A stretch of 32,000 bases of DNA from an uncultured archaeon (GCA_964565725.1 CAZMGA010000006.1:1-32000); one strand, 5' to 3'. Numbered from the stretch's first letter, positions 8,306 to 16,571 are shown. Numbers and translations are program-made. The notes: generated by a model from the sequence alone, not told the origin.

Positions 8306-10501
8306 ATGGATGCTGAAAATAATAAAGATAATAATGATTATGCTGAAGATTATAAGGATTTAGATGATAATTTATCAGGCAATATTTATGATGATGAATC
8401 ATTACCTAAGGATGAGGAATACAATCCTTTTATTAAAAAATTTGAATATTTTTTGAATTCTTATTATAAGAAAGAATTAGATTATCTAATTCAAGTTTAT
8501 CCTTCAAAGAAAAGTTTATTAATTGATTTTGAATTAATAGAACAATATGACCCTAGTTTAGCTGATGAATTAATTGCAAATCCTGAATATATTATTGGAA
8601 ATATTCATTCGGCCGCAAAAAATTATGAATCTATATTATTAGAAGAGAAAAAAGATTTTGATCCTGTTATAAGAATTAGTAATTTACCTAAAGATAAAAG
8701 AATTATGATAAAACACATATCTTCAGATCATTTAGGTAAGTTTATTTGTGTTGAGGGTTTAGTAAAACAATTTACAACTGTATTGCCAAAATTAAAAAAA
8801 GCACATTTTATTTGTCAAAAATGTGGATTTGAATTAAATTTACATCAAGAAAGTTTGGATTTAGTAAAACCAAAAATTTGCCCAGAGTGTAAACATAGAG
8901 TATTTACTTTGGATGAAATTAATAGTGAATTTATAGATTATCAAAAATTAGAAATACAAGATCTTTTAGAAAATCTAAGGGGTGGAGAACAAAGTAGTAC
9001 TATTAATGTTTATGTTCAAGGTGATTTAGTAAATTCTTTCACTGCTGGAGAAAGATTAATTATTTCTGGAATATTAAAATTAAGAACTCCGCCAGAAGTA
9101 AAACAAACTGTTTTCAGTCAATATATTTTATCATCTAGTATTGAATCAAGTAAACAAGATTTTGAAACTATAGAAATAACTAAAGAAGATGAAGAAAAAT
9201 TAAAAGAATTATCAAATAATCCCGAGATTTATAACATGTTAGTAGATTCTATAGCTCCGCATATAAATGGGCATCAAGAAATAAAATTGGCTGTAGCTTT
9301 ACAATTATTTGGAGGTGTTAGAAAAACTTTAGATAATCAATCAAAAATTAGAGGAAATTTACATATATTGTTAGTTGGTGATCCAGGTGTTGGAAAATCT
9401 CAAATTTTGAAAGCTGCTGAAAAAATCGCACCTAAAAGTATTTATATAGTTGGTAAAACTGCTTCTGGAGCAGGTCTTACTGCAACAGCTGTAAAAGATG
9501 AATTTGGAGAAGGTGGTTGGACACTAAAAGCAGGAGCATTAGTATTAGCAAATGGTGGATTTGCTATGGTAGATGAATTTGATAAAATGGATCCTGAAGA
9601 TAGAAGTGCAATGCACGAAGCATTAGAACAAGAAACAGTATCTATTGCAAAAGCTGGAATGGTAACTTCTTTTAAAACAGAAACTTCTGTATTAGCTGCT
9701 GCAAACCCTAAATATGGTAGATTTGATTCTCATAAAGATGTGCCTTCACAAATAGATATTCCTCCAACATTAATGTCTAGATTTGATTTATTTTTTGTTT
9801 TGCAAGATATTGTTGATAATGTAAAAGATAAAGAAACAATAGATTCTATTTTAAGAGCTCATAAAACTGGTGCTTTATTACAAAAACAAAAAGATTCACA
9901 GTTAAACGAAAGAGAAAAAACATCTTTAGATAAAATAAATATTATTTCTTCTTTAGATCAAGAGTTATTAAGAAAATATATTTCTTATGCAAGAACGAGA
10001 GTATTTCCTGTTTTAAGTGATGTGGGTTCAGAAATGCTTCAAAAGTTTTTTTTAAGTTTAAGACAAAAAAGTCAAGATGGAAGAGTAACTGTAACATATA
10101 GACAATTAGAAGCTTTAATTAGATTAGCAGAAGCTAGTGCAAGAGTAAGATTATCTGAAAAAGTTTTGGAAGAAGATATTGAAAGAGCTATTGGTTTATA
10201 TAAAAAATCTATGGAACAAGTTGGAATGGATCCAGAAACAGGAGAAATGGATATTGATTTAATAACCAGCGGTAGAAGTCATAGTCAAAATCAAAGACAT
10301 TTAAAAATAATGGAAATAATAACTAAATTAAATGCAATAACTGATTATGAAAAAGGAGTACCTATGGATTTAATTTTAGAACATTGTGAATCAGAAGGCA
10401 TAGATAAATTAAAAGCAAAAGAAATTATAAGAAAATTAATTAATACTGGAGAGTTATATGAACCAAGAAACGGATTCATCAAAGTTCCAAATTCTACATA
10501 A
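8306..10501 (+). CDS. mcm: MCM replicative helicase
   Basis: Zinc motif CQKCG...CPECKH, Walker A ILLVGDPGVGKSQ, Walker B AMVDEFDKM, arginine finger SRFDLFF and a C-terminal winged-helix-like tail. The track start TTG 8288 is replaced by the first ATG at 8306 (MDAENNK). Confidence 0.95.
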   Translation: MDAENNKDNNDYAEDYKDLDDNLSGNIYDDESLPKDEEYNPFIKKFEYFLNSYYKKELDYLIQVYPSKKSLLIDFELIEQYDPSLADELIANPEYIIGNIHSAAKNYESILLEEKKDFDPVIRISNLPKDKRIMIKHISSDHLGKFICVEGLVKQFTTVLPKLKKAHFICQKCGFELNLHQESLDLVKPKICPECKHRVFTLDEINSEFIDYQKLEIQDLLENLRGGEQSSTINVYVQGDLVNSFTAGERLIISGILKLRTPPEVKQTVFSQYILSSSIESSKQDFETIEITKEDEEKLKELSNNPEIYNMLVDSIAPHINGHQEIKLAVALQLFGGVRKTLDNQSKIRGNLHILLVGDPGVGKSQILKAAEKIAPKSIYIVGKTASGAGLTATAVKDEFGEGGWTLKAGALVLANGGFAMVDEFDKMDPEDRSAMHEALEQETVSIAKAGMVTSFKTETSVLAAANPKYGRFDSHKDVPSQIDIPPTLMSRFDLFFVLQDIVDNVKDKETIDSILRAHKTGALLQKQKDSQLNEREKTSLDKINIISSLDQELLRKYISYARTRVFPVLSDVGSEMLQKFFLSLRQKSQDGRVTVTYRQLEALIRLAEASARVRLSEKVLEEDIERAIGLYKKSMEQVGMDPETGEMDIDLITSGRSHSQNQRHLKIMEIITKLNAITDYEKGVPMDLILEHCESEGIDKLKAKEIIRKLINTGELYEPRNGFIKVPNST

Positions 10502-10520
10502 AGTTAATATAAAATATAAA

Positions 10521-11390
10521 ATGCTTATTCAAGTTTTTTTATCATATGTATTAACTGCAATTATAGCTATATTTTTGGCAACTATATTTAAAATAAGTAA
10601 TATTCCTAAGGATACTTTTGCAGAACCTAATAGTTTTATTAATACTTTAATTATTTTTGGAATTATAATTATTGAAACTATTATTATAATAATTTTAATT
10701 AAAATATTTAAGAAAATAAATTTTTTAAAAATTATAGATATTTTAGCAACTTTTTTTTCATTATTTGGAATATTAAGTCTTTTTATAAATAATTTAATAA
10801 TTATTTTAGTTTTAACTTTGGGCTTAGTATTATTAAAAGAATTTTGGAATAATATGTGGTATAAAAATATAATGATTTTTTTAGTTGTTGGTTTTTTTAG
10901 TGCATATTTGGGTTATAGTTTAGGATTATTTCCTATAATGTTATTATTATTTTTAATAGGTATTTATGATTTTATTGCTGTGTTTAAAACTAAACACATG
11001 GTTTTTTTAGCAAATAAAATAACTCAAACAAATAATACTTTATTTATTATGGATTTTGGGAAATCAATTTCTAAAGTAAATCAAAATATTAAATCAAATA
11101 ATGATATCAAAGAAAATAAAAAAGAAAATATTGAAAATTTAAAAAAAGGAGACAGAGAACATTTATTTTTAGGTACTGGGGATTTTGCCTTACCATTAAT
11201 TGCAGTAGTATCAATGTATTTAATTAATCCTATTTTAGGGATAATTGGCTTTTTAGCAGTATTGTTTGGTTTAGAATTAACTATTTGGTTATTATTTAAC
11301 AAAAAGCATTTAGCTTTACCAGCTATTCCTTTGCAAGTAGTATCTCTTTTAATAATTTATGGGGTATATTTATTAATAAATTTATTTTAG
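10521..11390 (+). CDS. Presenilin / signal-peptide-peptidase-like intramembrane aspartyl protease (A22 family)
   Basis: Polytopic membrane protein with YD (IGIYDFIAVF), GxGD (LGTGDFALP) and a PAL-like motif (LALPAIP) in the canonical order. A Lys/Asn-rich loop lies between the catalytic helices. The start is taken as ATG 10521 rather than 10458, which overlaps mcm. Confidence 0.7.
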   Translation: MLIQVFLSYVLTAIIAIFLATIFKISNIPKDTFAEPNSFINTLIIFGIIIIETIIIIILIKIFKKINFLKIIDILATFFSLFGILSLFINNLIIILVLTLGLVLLKEFWNNMWYKNIMIFLVVGFFSAYLGYSLGLFPIMLLLFLIGIYDFIAVFKTKHMVFLANKITQTNNTLFIMDFGKSISKVNQNIKSNNDIKENKKENIENLKKGDREHLFLGTGDFALPLIAVVSMYLINPILGIIGFLAVLFGLELTIWLLFNKKHLALPAIPLQVVSLLIIYGVYLLINLF

Positions 11391-11404
11391 GTTTAGTGAA
11401 TTAT

Positions 11405-11980
11405 ATGAAATTTAAAAATAAATTAATTGGAGAAAGAATTGTTTTGAAAAAATCAAAACCAAGTTTTGATTTAGCCGAAAAAATATTTTTAAGTATAGAT
11501 AAAAATAGAGCTCACTTAAAAGAATGGTTTCCTTGGGAGAGTGAAACTAAAAAAATAGAAGATTCTATGAAATACTTATTTGAGACTGAAGAAAGAGAAA
11601 AAAAATTTGAAGAATTAGATTATGGAATTTATTTAGAAAATAAATTTATAGGAAAAATTAGTGCTTTTGATATTAATAAAAAGAATCAACGTTGTGAAAT
11701 AGGTTATTGGCTTTCTAAAGATTTTATAAATAAAGGTTATATGACTGAAGCAGTAAAGGTTTTGGAGAAATATTTGTTTGAAGATGTGAAAATAAACAGG
11801 ATTCAAATAAGATGTGATATTAGAAATATAGCTTCTGCAAGTGTTGCTAAGAAATGTAGCTATGTTTTTGAAGGCGAATTAAGAGAAGTAAAATATAATC
11901 TACTTAAGAGAGAATACATTTCAGAATATGTATTTTCTAAGTTAAAAAAGGAATATAAGCCAAAGAAATCTAGGAAATAA
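11405..11980 (+). CDS. GNAT N-acetyltransferase, RimJ/RimL-like
   Basis: GERIVLKK...AHLKEWFPW N-terminal region, and an acetyl-CoA region GYWLSKDFINKGYMTEAVKVL...ASVAKKCSYVFEGELRE. ATG 11405 is preferred over GTG 11396. Confidence 0.75.
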   Translation: MKFKNKLIGERIVLKKSKPSFDLAEKIFLSIDKNRAHLKEWFPWESETKKIEDSMKYLFETEEREKKFEELDYGIYLENKFIGKISAFDINKKNQRCEIGYWLSKDFINKGYMTEAVKVLEKYLFEDVKINRIQIRCDIRNIASASVAKKCSYVFEGELREVKYNLLKREYISEYVFSKLKKEYKPKKSRK

Positions 11981-11990
11981 GCTAACTTAA

Positions 11991-12004
11991 GGTTTATAAA
12001 TATT
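11991..12004 (+). promoter_or_regulatory. Candidate TATA box for the rpl1-rplP0-rpl12 operon
   Basis: GTTTATAAATAT lies ~65 nt upstream of the SD-preceded TTG at 12068. This implies a ~40-nt leader that contains the only GC-richer stretch of the spacer (GCCGTTGGAACTGCTTTTAGCAGGAGG). Confidence 0.3.
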
Positions 12005-12067
12005 TCTATATACTATATATTAATTACAATTAAGCCGTTGGAACTGCTTTTAGCAGGAGGTATCGTT

Positions 12068-12754
12068 TTGGTTATAGAAAAAAAAGAAAGTATAAAATTA
12101 GATGTAAGTGAAAAAAACATTGAAAAATACATTACTGCTTTAAAGGAAGCTAAGCCTAGAAAGTTTACTCAAACTGTAGAAGCTGGTATAAATTTAATGG
12201 GAATTAATTTTAAACAAACTGCCAATAAAATTGGTTTTGATATAGTTATTCCTCATCCATTTAGAAAAGCTCCAAAAGTAGCTTTATTTGCAAGTACTCC
12301 TAATTTTAGAGAAACTGTAAAAGGTGCTTTTGATAAAATATTTGATGGTGAAGAAATTCCTAATTTAAATAAAAAAACAGCAAAAAAAATAGCAAAAGAA
12401 TATGATTTATTTTTTGCAGAACCAACTGTATTACCTTTAGTAGGAAAATATTTGGGACAAACTTTTGCACCTAGAGGTAAAATGCCTAAACCTTGCCCTC
12501 CAACAGCTGATGCTGTTAAAGCTATGGTAAGTAGTTATTCAAAAACAATAACTGTTTCTAATAAAAAAGGTAATTCATTACCAGTATTACATTTTCCAAT
12601 AGGTAAAGAGGATATGCCAATTAAAGATTTAGCTGAAAACTTTTTAGCAATTTACAATAAATTATTAACTGTATTACCTGGAAATACTCAGAATTTGAAA
12701 TCAATGTACTTTAAAACTACTATGGGTCCAGTAAATTACATTTTTAAGAGGTAG
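12068..12754 (+). CDS. rpl1: Ribosomal protein uL1 (L1)
   Basis: AKPRKFTQTVEAGINL, FFAEPTVLPLVGKYLGQTFAPRGKMP and a position upstream of P0/P1. The track start is TTG 12038. I prefer the in-frame TTG at 12068, which is preceded by GGAGGT (12056-12061) at 6-nt spacing. Confidence 0.9.
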   Translation: MVIEKKESIKLDVSEKNIEKYITALKEAKPRKFTQTVEAGINLMGINFKQTANKIGFDIVIPHPFRKAPKVALFASTPNFRETVKGAFDKIFDGEEIPNLNKKTAKKIAKEYDLFFAEPTVLPLVGKYLGQTFAPRGKMPKPCPPTADAVKAMVSSYSKTITVSNKKGNSLPVLHFPIGKEDMPIKDLAENFLAIYNKLLTVLPGNTQNLKSMYFKTTMGPVNYIFKR

Positions 12755-12761
12755 ATCGACA

Positions 12762-13625
12762 ATGGCAAAAAACGTAGAAATTAAAATGCATTATAAAAAA
12801 TGGAGACAAAATGAAAGAGCCATTATTGAAGACAAATTAAAAGATTATCCTTACATAATAATTGTTAATTTAAAAACATTACCTGCAAAAGCTGAAAGAG
12901 AATTTAGAGCTCTTTTAGTAAATAATGGTTGTTTTGTTAAAGTAGCAAATTCAAATGTAATTAAACATGCTTTACATAATAATAAAATAACTAATTTAGA
13001 TGATTATTTAAATGGTCCAACAATGTTAGCATTTAGTAAAGAAAATCCTTTTAAGATCTATAAGGAAATAAAAAAGAATGCAAGTGCTGCATTTGCAAAA
13101 GAAGGTATGATTGCTCCTGATGATATTTACATCCCTGAAGGAGATACTGGTATTGCTCCTGGTCCTGCATTAACAGACTTCAAATTAGCAAAAATAGATA
13201 CTCAAATAAGAGCTGGAAAAATATATGTATCTAAAAAAACTTTAGTTTGTAAAAAAGGAGACCCTGTAGATTCTAAAGCTGTTGTTTTATTAACTAAATT
13301 AAATATTAAACCTATGAAAGTTATTTTAGATATAAGAAAAGTATTAGATAAAAAAGACAATATTTTATATTCTAAAGATAATATAGATATTAATTTAGAA
13401 GATGTAATGAATAAAATAAAGAATGCGTATCAAAATTCATTTTTCTTGGCATTAAGTCAAGAATATATTACAAAACAAACAATTAAACCTTTATTGATTA
13501 AAGGTTATAAAAACACAAAAGCAATTGCTTTATCTAAAAATATTTTAAACAAAAATACTGCTAAAGATATTTTAATTAAAGCTCATAAAATTGCAAATAA
13601 TTTAAACAAAAAAACAAGTATTTAA
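12762..13625 (+). CDS. rplP0: Ribosomal stalk protein uL10 (P0), short form lacking the acidic C-terminal tail
   Basis: The N-terminal region matches archaeal P0 (KKWRQNERAIIEDKLKDYPYIIIVNLKTLPAKAEREFRALL..VKVANSNVIKHAL). SD GAGGTAGAT lies upstream. The gene sits between rpl1 and rpl12. Confidence 0.85.
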   Translation: MAKNVEIKMHYKKWRQNERAIIEDKLKDYPYIIIVNLKTLPAKAEREFRALLVNNGCFVKVANSNVIKHALHNNKITNLDDYLNGPTMLAFSKENPFKIYKEIKKNASAAFAKEGMIAPDDIYIPEGDTGIAPGPALTDFKLAKIDTQIRAGKIYVSKKTLVCKKGDPVDSKAVVLLTKLNIKPMKVILDIRKVLDKKDNILYSKDNIDINLEDVMNKIKNAYQNSFFLALSQEYITKQTIKPLLIKGYKNTKAIALSKNILNKNTAKDILIKAHKIANNLNKKTSI

Positions 13626-13637
13626 AGAGGTGGATTA

Positions 13638-13937
13638 ATGGAATATATATATGCTGCTATGTTATTAAATAGTGCTAAAAAAGAAATTACTGAAGAAAGT
13701 ATTACTAATATTATAAAAGCTGCTGGTTTAACAGTTGATAATGCTAAAGTTAAATCTTTAGTAGAAGCTTTAAAAGATGTTAACTTTGAAGATGTAATAA
13801 AAGAAGCATCAACAGTACAAGTTGCTGCTGCTCCAGTTGCTAGTGCTTCTGCTTCTGCAGTTAAAGAAGAAAAACCTGTAGAAGAAAAGAAAACTGAAGA
13901 AGAAGCTGCTGCTGGTTTAGGTAGTTTATTTGGTTAA
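13638..13937 (+). CDS. rpl12: Ribosomal stalk protein P1 (aL12)
   Basis: MEYIYAAMLL N-terminus, an Ala/Pro hinge, an acidic stretch and the canonical C-terminal EEEAAAGLGSLFG. SD GAGGTGGA lies upstream. Confidence 0.95.
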   Translation: MEYIYAAMLLNSAKKEITEESITNIIKAAGLTVDNAKVKSLVEALKDVNFEDVIKEASTVQVAAAPVASASASAVKEEKPVEEKKTEEEAAAGLGSLFG

Positions 13938-13945
13938 ACAACCGT

Positions 13946-13966
13946 GGGGAATACATCCCCTTTTTT
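13946..13966 (+). terminator. Hairpin plus T-run terminator downstream of the stalk operon
   Basis: GGGGA-ATACA-TCCCC (5-bp GC stem) is followed immediately by TTTTTT (13961-13966), 9 nt after the rpl12 stop. Confidence 0.55.
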
Positions 13967-14025
13967 CTATTTTTTAATTATGTTTTTAATAATATCTGAT
14001 TTTTATTATTTATGATTTATATGGT

Positions 14026-14427
14026 ATGCCTGGAGCAAAATTAGATTTTGGTGAAGAGATTTTACAAGGAGCAAAAAGAGAATTAAAAGAAGAAACTAAT
14101 TTAGATGGTAAAGGAAAAATAATTGCAATAAATAATATTTTAACTTATGAAAAATCTATACCTTTAACACATTTTACTCAATTTGTTGTTTTATTTGATA
14201 ATGTTTCAGGAAAACTAATTGAAGAAAATAGAGAAGGTAGTTATACTTTTGTGGATCAAAAAGAATTTGAAATTAAATATAAAGAAAATAGATTATTCCC
14301 AGATAATTTATTAATATTTAATATTGTAGATAATTATTATAAAGAAAATAAATTAAAAATGTATGAATTAAAAATGTTCAAAGAAGGAAATAGATTTTTG
14401 AATATTGACCATAAAGAAATTTGTTAA
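14026..14427 (+). CDS. Nudix hydrolase, N-terminally short (Nudix box begins at residue 3); possibly frameshifted
   Basis: Nudix box PGAKLDFGEEILQGAKRELKEETNL (GX5EX7REUXEEXGU pattern). The usual ~30 aa of N-terminal beta strands are missing. An out-of-frame ATG at 13980 encodes MFLIISDFYYL before a stop. Confidence 0.6.
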   Translation: MPGAKLDFGEEILQGAKRELKEETNLDGKGKIIAINNILTYEKSIPLTHFTQFVVLFDNVSGKLIEENREGSYTFVDQKEFEIKYKENRLFPDNLLIFNIVDNYYKENKLKMYELKMFKEGNRFLNIDHKEIC

Positions 14428-14789
14428 TTTATAATTTCAATATGCATACTTTTACAAGTTCCAATTAAATTGTTTATTTTAGTTTTATCATTTTTAAAAA
14501 AGTCTTTTACTATTGTTTCTAAATCAGAATAGTTTATTTTATTATTTTTTGCAAATCTTTTTATTATTTCTGAAGTTTTATTTGTTAAATTAATAAAACT
14601 ATAAGTTCTATTTCCAACATCTATATTTAGATTTATTTTTGAATAAGGATCAATTTCTTTGTTATTTAATAATTTATTAATATCATAAACTAATAAATTA
14701 ATGTCTATGCCATATTGTGCTACTAAAGGACCTATATCTGCACAATTTACTATTTCTTTTTTAATTGGAATTTCTAAAATTATATTCAT
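14424..14789 (-). CDS. rpl11: Ribosomal protein uL11 (L11), highly divergent and short
   Basis: The gene lies directly downstream of spt5, the conserved archaeal position. The C-terminal LIGTCKSMHIEII matches the L11 GTxxSMG signature. The N-terminal ADIGPLVAQYGIDINLLVYDIN aligns to the PPLGPALGxxGVNxxxFxKxxN region, but the Pro-Pro-x-Gly-Pro motif is lost. 121 aa versus ~160 typical. Confidence 0.6.
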   Translation of the reverse strand: MNIILEIPIKKEIVNCADIGPLVAQYGIDINLLVYDINKLLNNKEIDPYSKINLNIDVGNRTYSFINLTNKTSEIIKRFAKNNKINYSDLETIVKDFFKNDKTKINNLIGTCKSMHIEIIN

Positions 14790-14824
14790 AAATACCAGTA
14801 AAAATAGAAAAATAAAGAATAAAA

Positions 14825-15259
14825 TTATTCTTTATATAATTTAACTGTTTCAGCTTTTATTGTAATTGGCATTTTAATAGTAGCATCTAAAATTTCAACA
14901 GTTACTTCTTCTTTTGTAGGATTATCTCTAATAATACGAGCTTTTTCTCCTTTCAAATAACCACTTTTTATTTCTACTATTGCACCTGGTTTTAATTTTT
15001 CCATTACACTTTCTAAATGTAATAAAGATTCTAATTCTTTATCTGAAACATAGCCTATAGTCATAGAATTTTTCTTAATATAAGTTATATCTGCAATAGC
15101 TCTTTTTAATGTATTATCATTGTTTGCTTCTACAATTAAATAATTTTTTATGTTTGGCAAACTAATAATAGAATAAATTGGTAGTTCCTTTGATTTATTT
15201 TTTAAAATCGCTGAAACTAATTCTATTTGTCCTGGGGCTACTTTTAAAGTAAATATCAT
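14825..15259 (-). CDS. spt5: Transcription elongation factor Spt5 (archaeal NusG)
   Basis: NGN domain start MIFTLKVAPGQIELV and KOW motif PGAIVEIKSGYLKGEKARII. The gene sits between secE and rpl11. The track ORF (to 15364) adds 35 aa that overlap secE in another frame, so I start at ATG 15259. Confidence 0.85.
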   Translation of the reverse strand: MIFTLKVAPGQIELVSAILKNKSKELPIYSIISLPNIKNYLIVEANNDNTLKRAIADITYIKKNSMTIGYVSDKELESLLHLESVMEKLKPGAIVEIKSGYLKGEKARIIRDNPTKEEVTVEILDATIKMPITIKAETVKLYKE

Positions 15260-15267
15260 AAAATCAC

Positions 15268-15438
15268 CTATGGCATGTAAAATAAATATAATAGTAATGT
15301 AATTAAGAAACCTATAAATCCAATTGCTAATATACCTATTCCTACTATTTTTGCTAAACCCCAATATTCTTTTGCTGTTGGTTTTTTAGCTACTAAAAAT
15401 ACTCTTTTAGCATTTGAAAAAAATGTTGATATATTCAT
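15268..15438 (-). CDS. secE: Protein translocase subunit SecE / Sec61-gamma (56 aa, below the ORF-track cutoff)
   Basis: Hand translation gives MNISTFFSNAKRVFLVAKKPTAKEYWGLAKIVGIGILAIGFIGFLITLLLYLFYMP*. It has the KKPT(x)EY motif plus a single C-terminal TM helix, and sits in the conserved ftsZ-secE-spt5 position. Confidence 0.8.
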   Translation of the reverse strand: MNISTFFSNAKRVFLVAKKPTAKEYWGLAKIVGIGILAIGFIGFLITLLLYLFYMP

Positions 15439-15446
15439 CTAATCAC

Positions 15447-16571
15447 TTAACCCATATATTTTATATCTAAATCATTATCATCTAATTCATCTAATTCTCT
15501 TCTTCTTTTATTTAATGGTTTTTTTTCTGGATCTAAGTATGGAAAATACCCTCCAACAATAACAACCATTGCTTTAATTTGTGTTTTTGGTAATTCTGGG
15601 TCTATCATAGCTCCAAAAATAATATGACTTTCAGGATCTATTTTAGATGCAACTGCTTCAACAACAGTTTGAGATTCTTTTAAGGACATTTCAGAACCAC
15701 CTACAACATTAATTAATGCTTTTGAAGATGTGCTTATATCTACATCTAATAATGGAGAACTTAATGCATCTTCAGCTGCTTGTAATGCTCTAGTTTCTGG
15801 TGTAGCGTTAGGATCTGATTCTCCTAAACCTATCATTGCTGGTCCACCATTTTTTAATATTGTTTTTAAATCTGCGAAATCTAAATTAATTAATCCTATT
15901 TTAGTAATCATATCTATTATACCTTTAACAGCATTTGCTAATACTTCATCTGCAACTTTGAATGCTGCATCTAATGGTAAATCAGGTGCAATTTCTAAAA
16001 TTTTATCATTTGGGATAACTATTACTGTATCAACGCTTTTTCTTAATTTTGCTAAACCATCTAATGCGTTATCCATTCTTTTTTTACCTTCAACAGTGAA
16101 TGGTAAAGTAATAACTGCTACAGTTAAACAATCCATTTCTTTTGCTATTTCTGCAACTACTGGTGCTGAACCCGTTCCTGTTCCTCCACCCATACCTGCT
16201 GTAATAAATACTAAATCTGAATTTTTAATTTCTTTTTCTATATCTGATTTTGATTCTCTAGCTGCATTTTCTCCCACATTAGGGTCGGAACCTGCACCTA
16301 AACCTCTAGTTAATTTTTTACCTAATAATATTCTTTTATCACAATCTAAATGTGCTAATGCTTGTGCATCTGTATTTAAACCTATTAATGTAGCACCACT
16401 AACACCTAATTCTTTTATTCTTAAAATAGTGTTTCCACCACCACCACCCATACCAAATACGCTTATTTTTGGTTTGGAATTTTCTAAAACAGATAATAAA
16501 TCTTTATCTGGTTCAACAATTACTTTTGGTTCATTTATGCCTTTTACTGCATTTTTTAAAAGTGATTTCAT
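15447..16571 (-). CDS. ftsZ: Cell division GTPase FtsZ
   Basis: FGMGGGGGNT, tubulin signature GMGGGTGTGSAPV, NTDAQAL and a T7-loop region. SD GAGGTG lies upstream of the ATG. Confidence 0.95.
   Translation of the reverse strand: MKSLLKNAVKGINEPKVIVEPDKDLLSVLENSKPKISVFGMGGGGGNTILRIKELGVSGATLIGLNTDAQALAHLDCDKRILLGKKLTRGLGAGSDPNVGENAARESKSDIEKEIKNSDLVFITAGMGGGTGTGSAPVVAEIAKEMDCLTVAVITLPFTVEGKKRMDNALDGLAKLRKSVDTVIVIPNDKILEIAPDLPLDAAFKVADEVLANAVKGIIDMITKIGLINLDFADLKTILKNGGPAMIGLGESDPNATPETRALQAAEDALSSPLLDVDISTSSKALINVVGGSEMSLKESQTVVEAVASKIDPESHIIFGAMIDPELPKTQIKAMVVIVGGYFPYLDPEKKPLNKRRRELDELDDNDLDIKYMG

Noticed and set aside
11081-11302. 73-aa minus-strand ORF
   Set aside because: It is antisense within the presenilin-like gene, so it is a shadow ORF.
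15260-15364. 35-aa N-terminal extension of the spt5 ORF
   Set aside because: It overlaps secE in another frame, and conserved Spt5 sequence begins at the internal ATG 15259.
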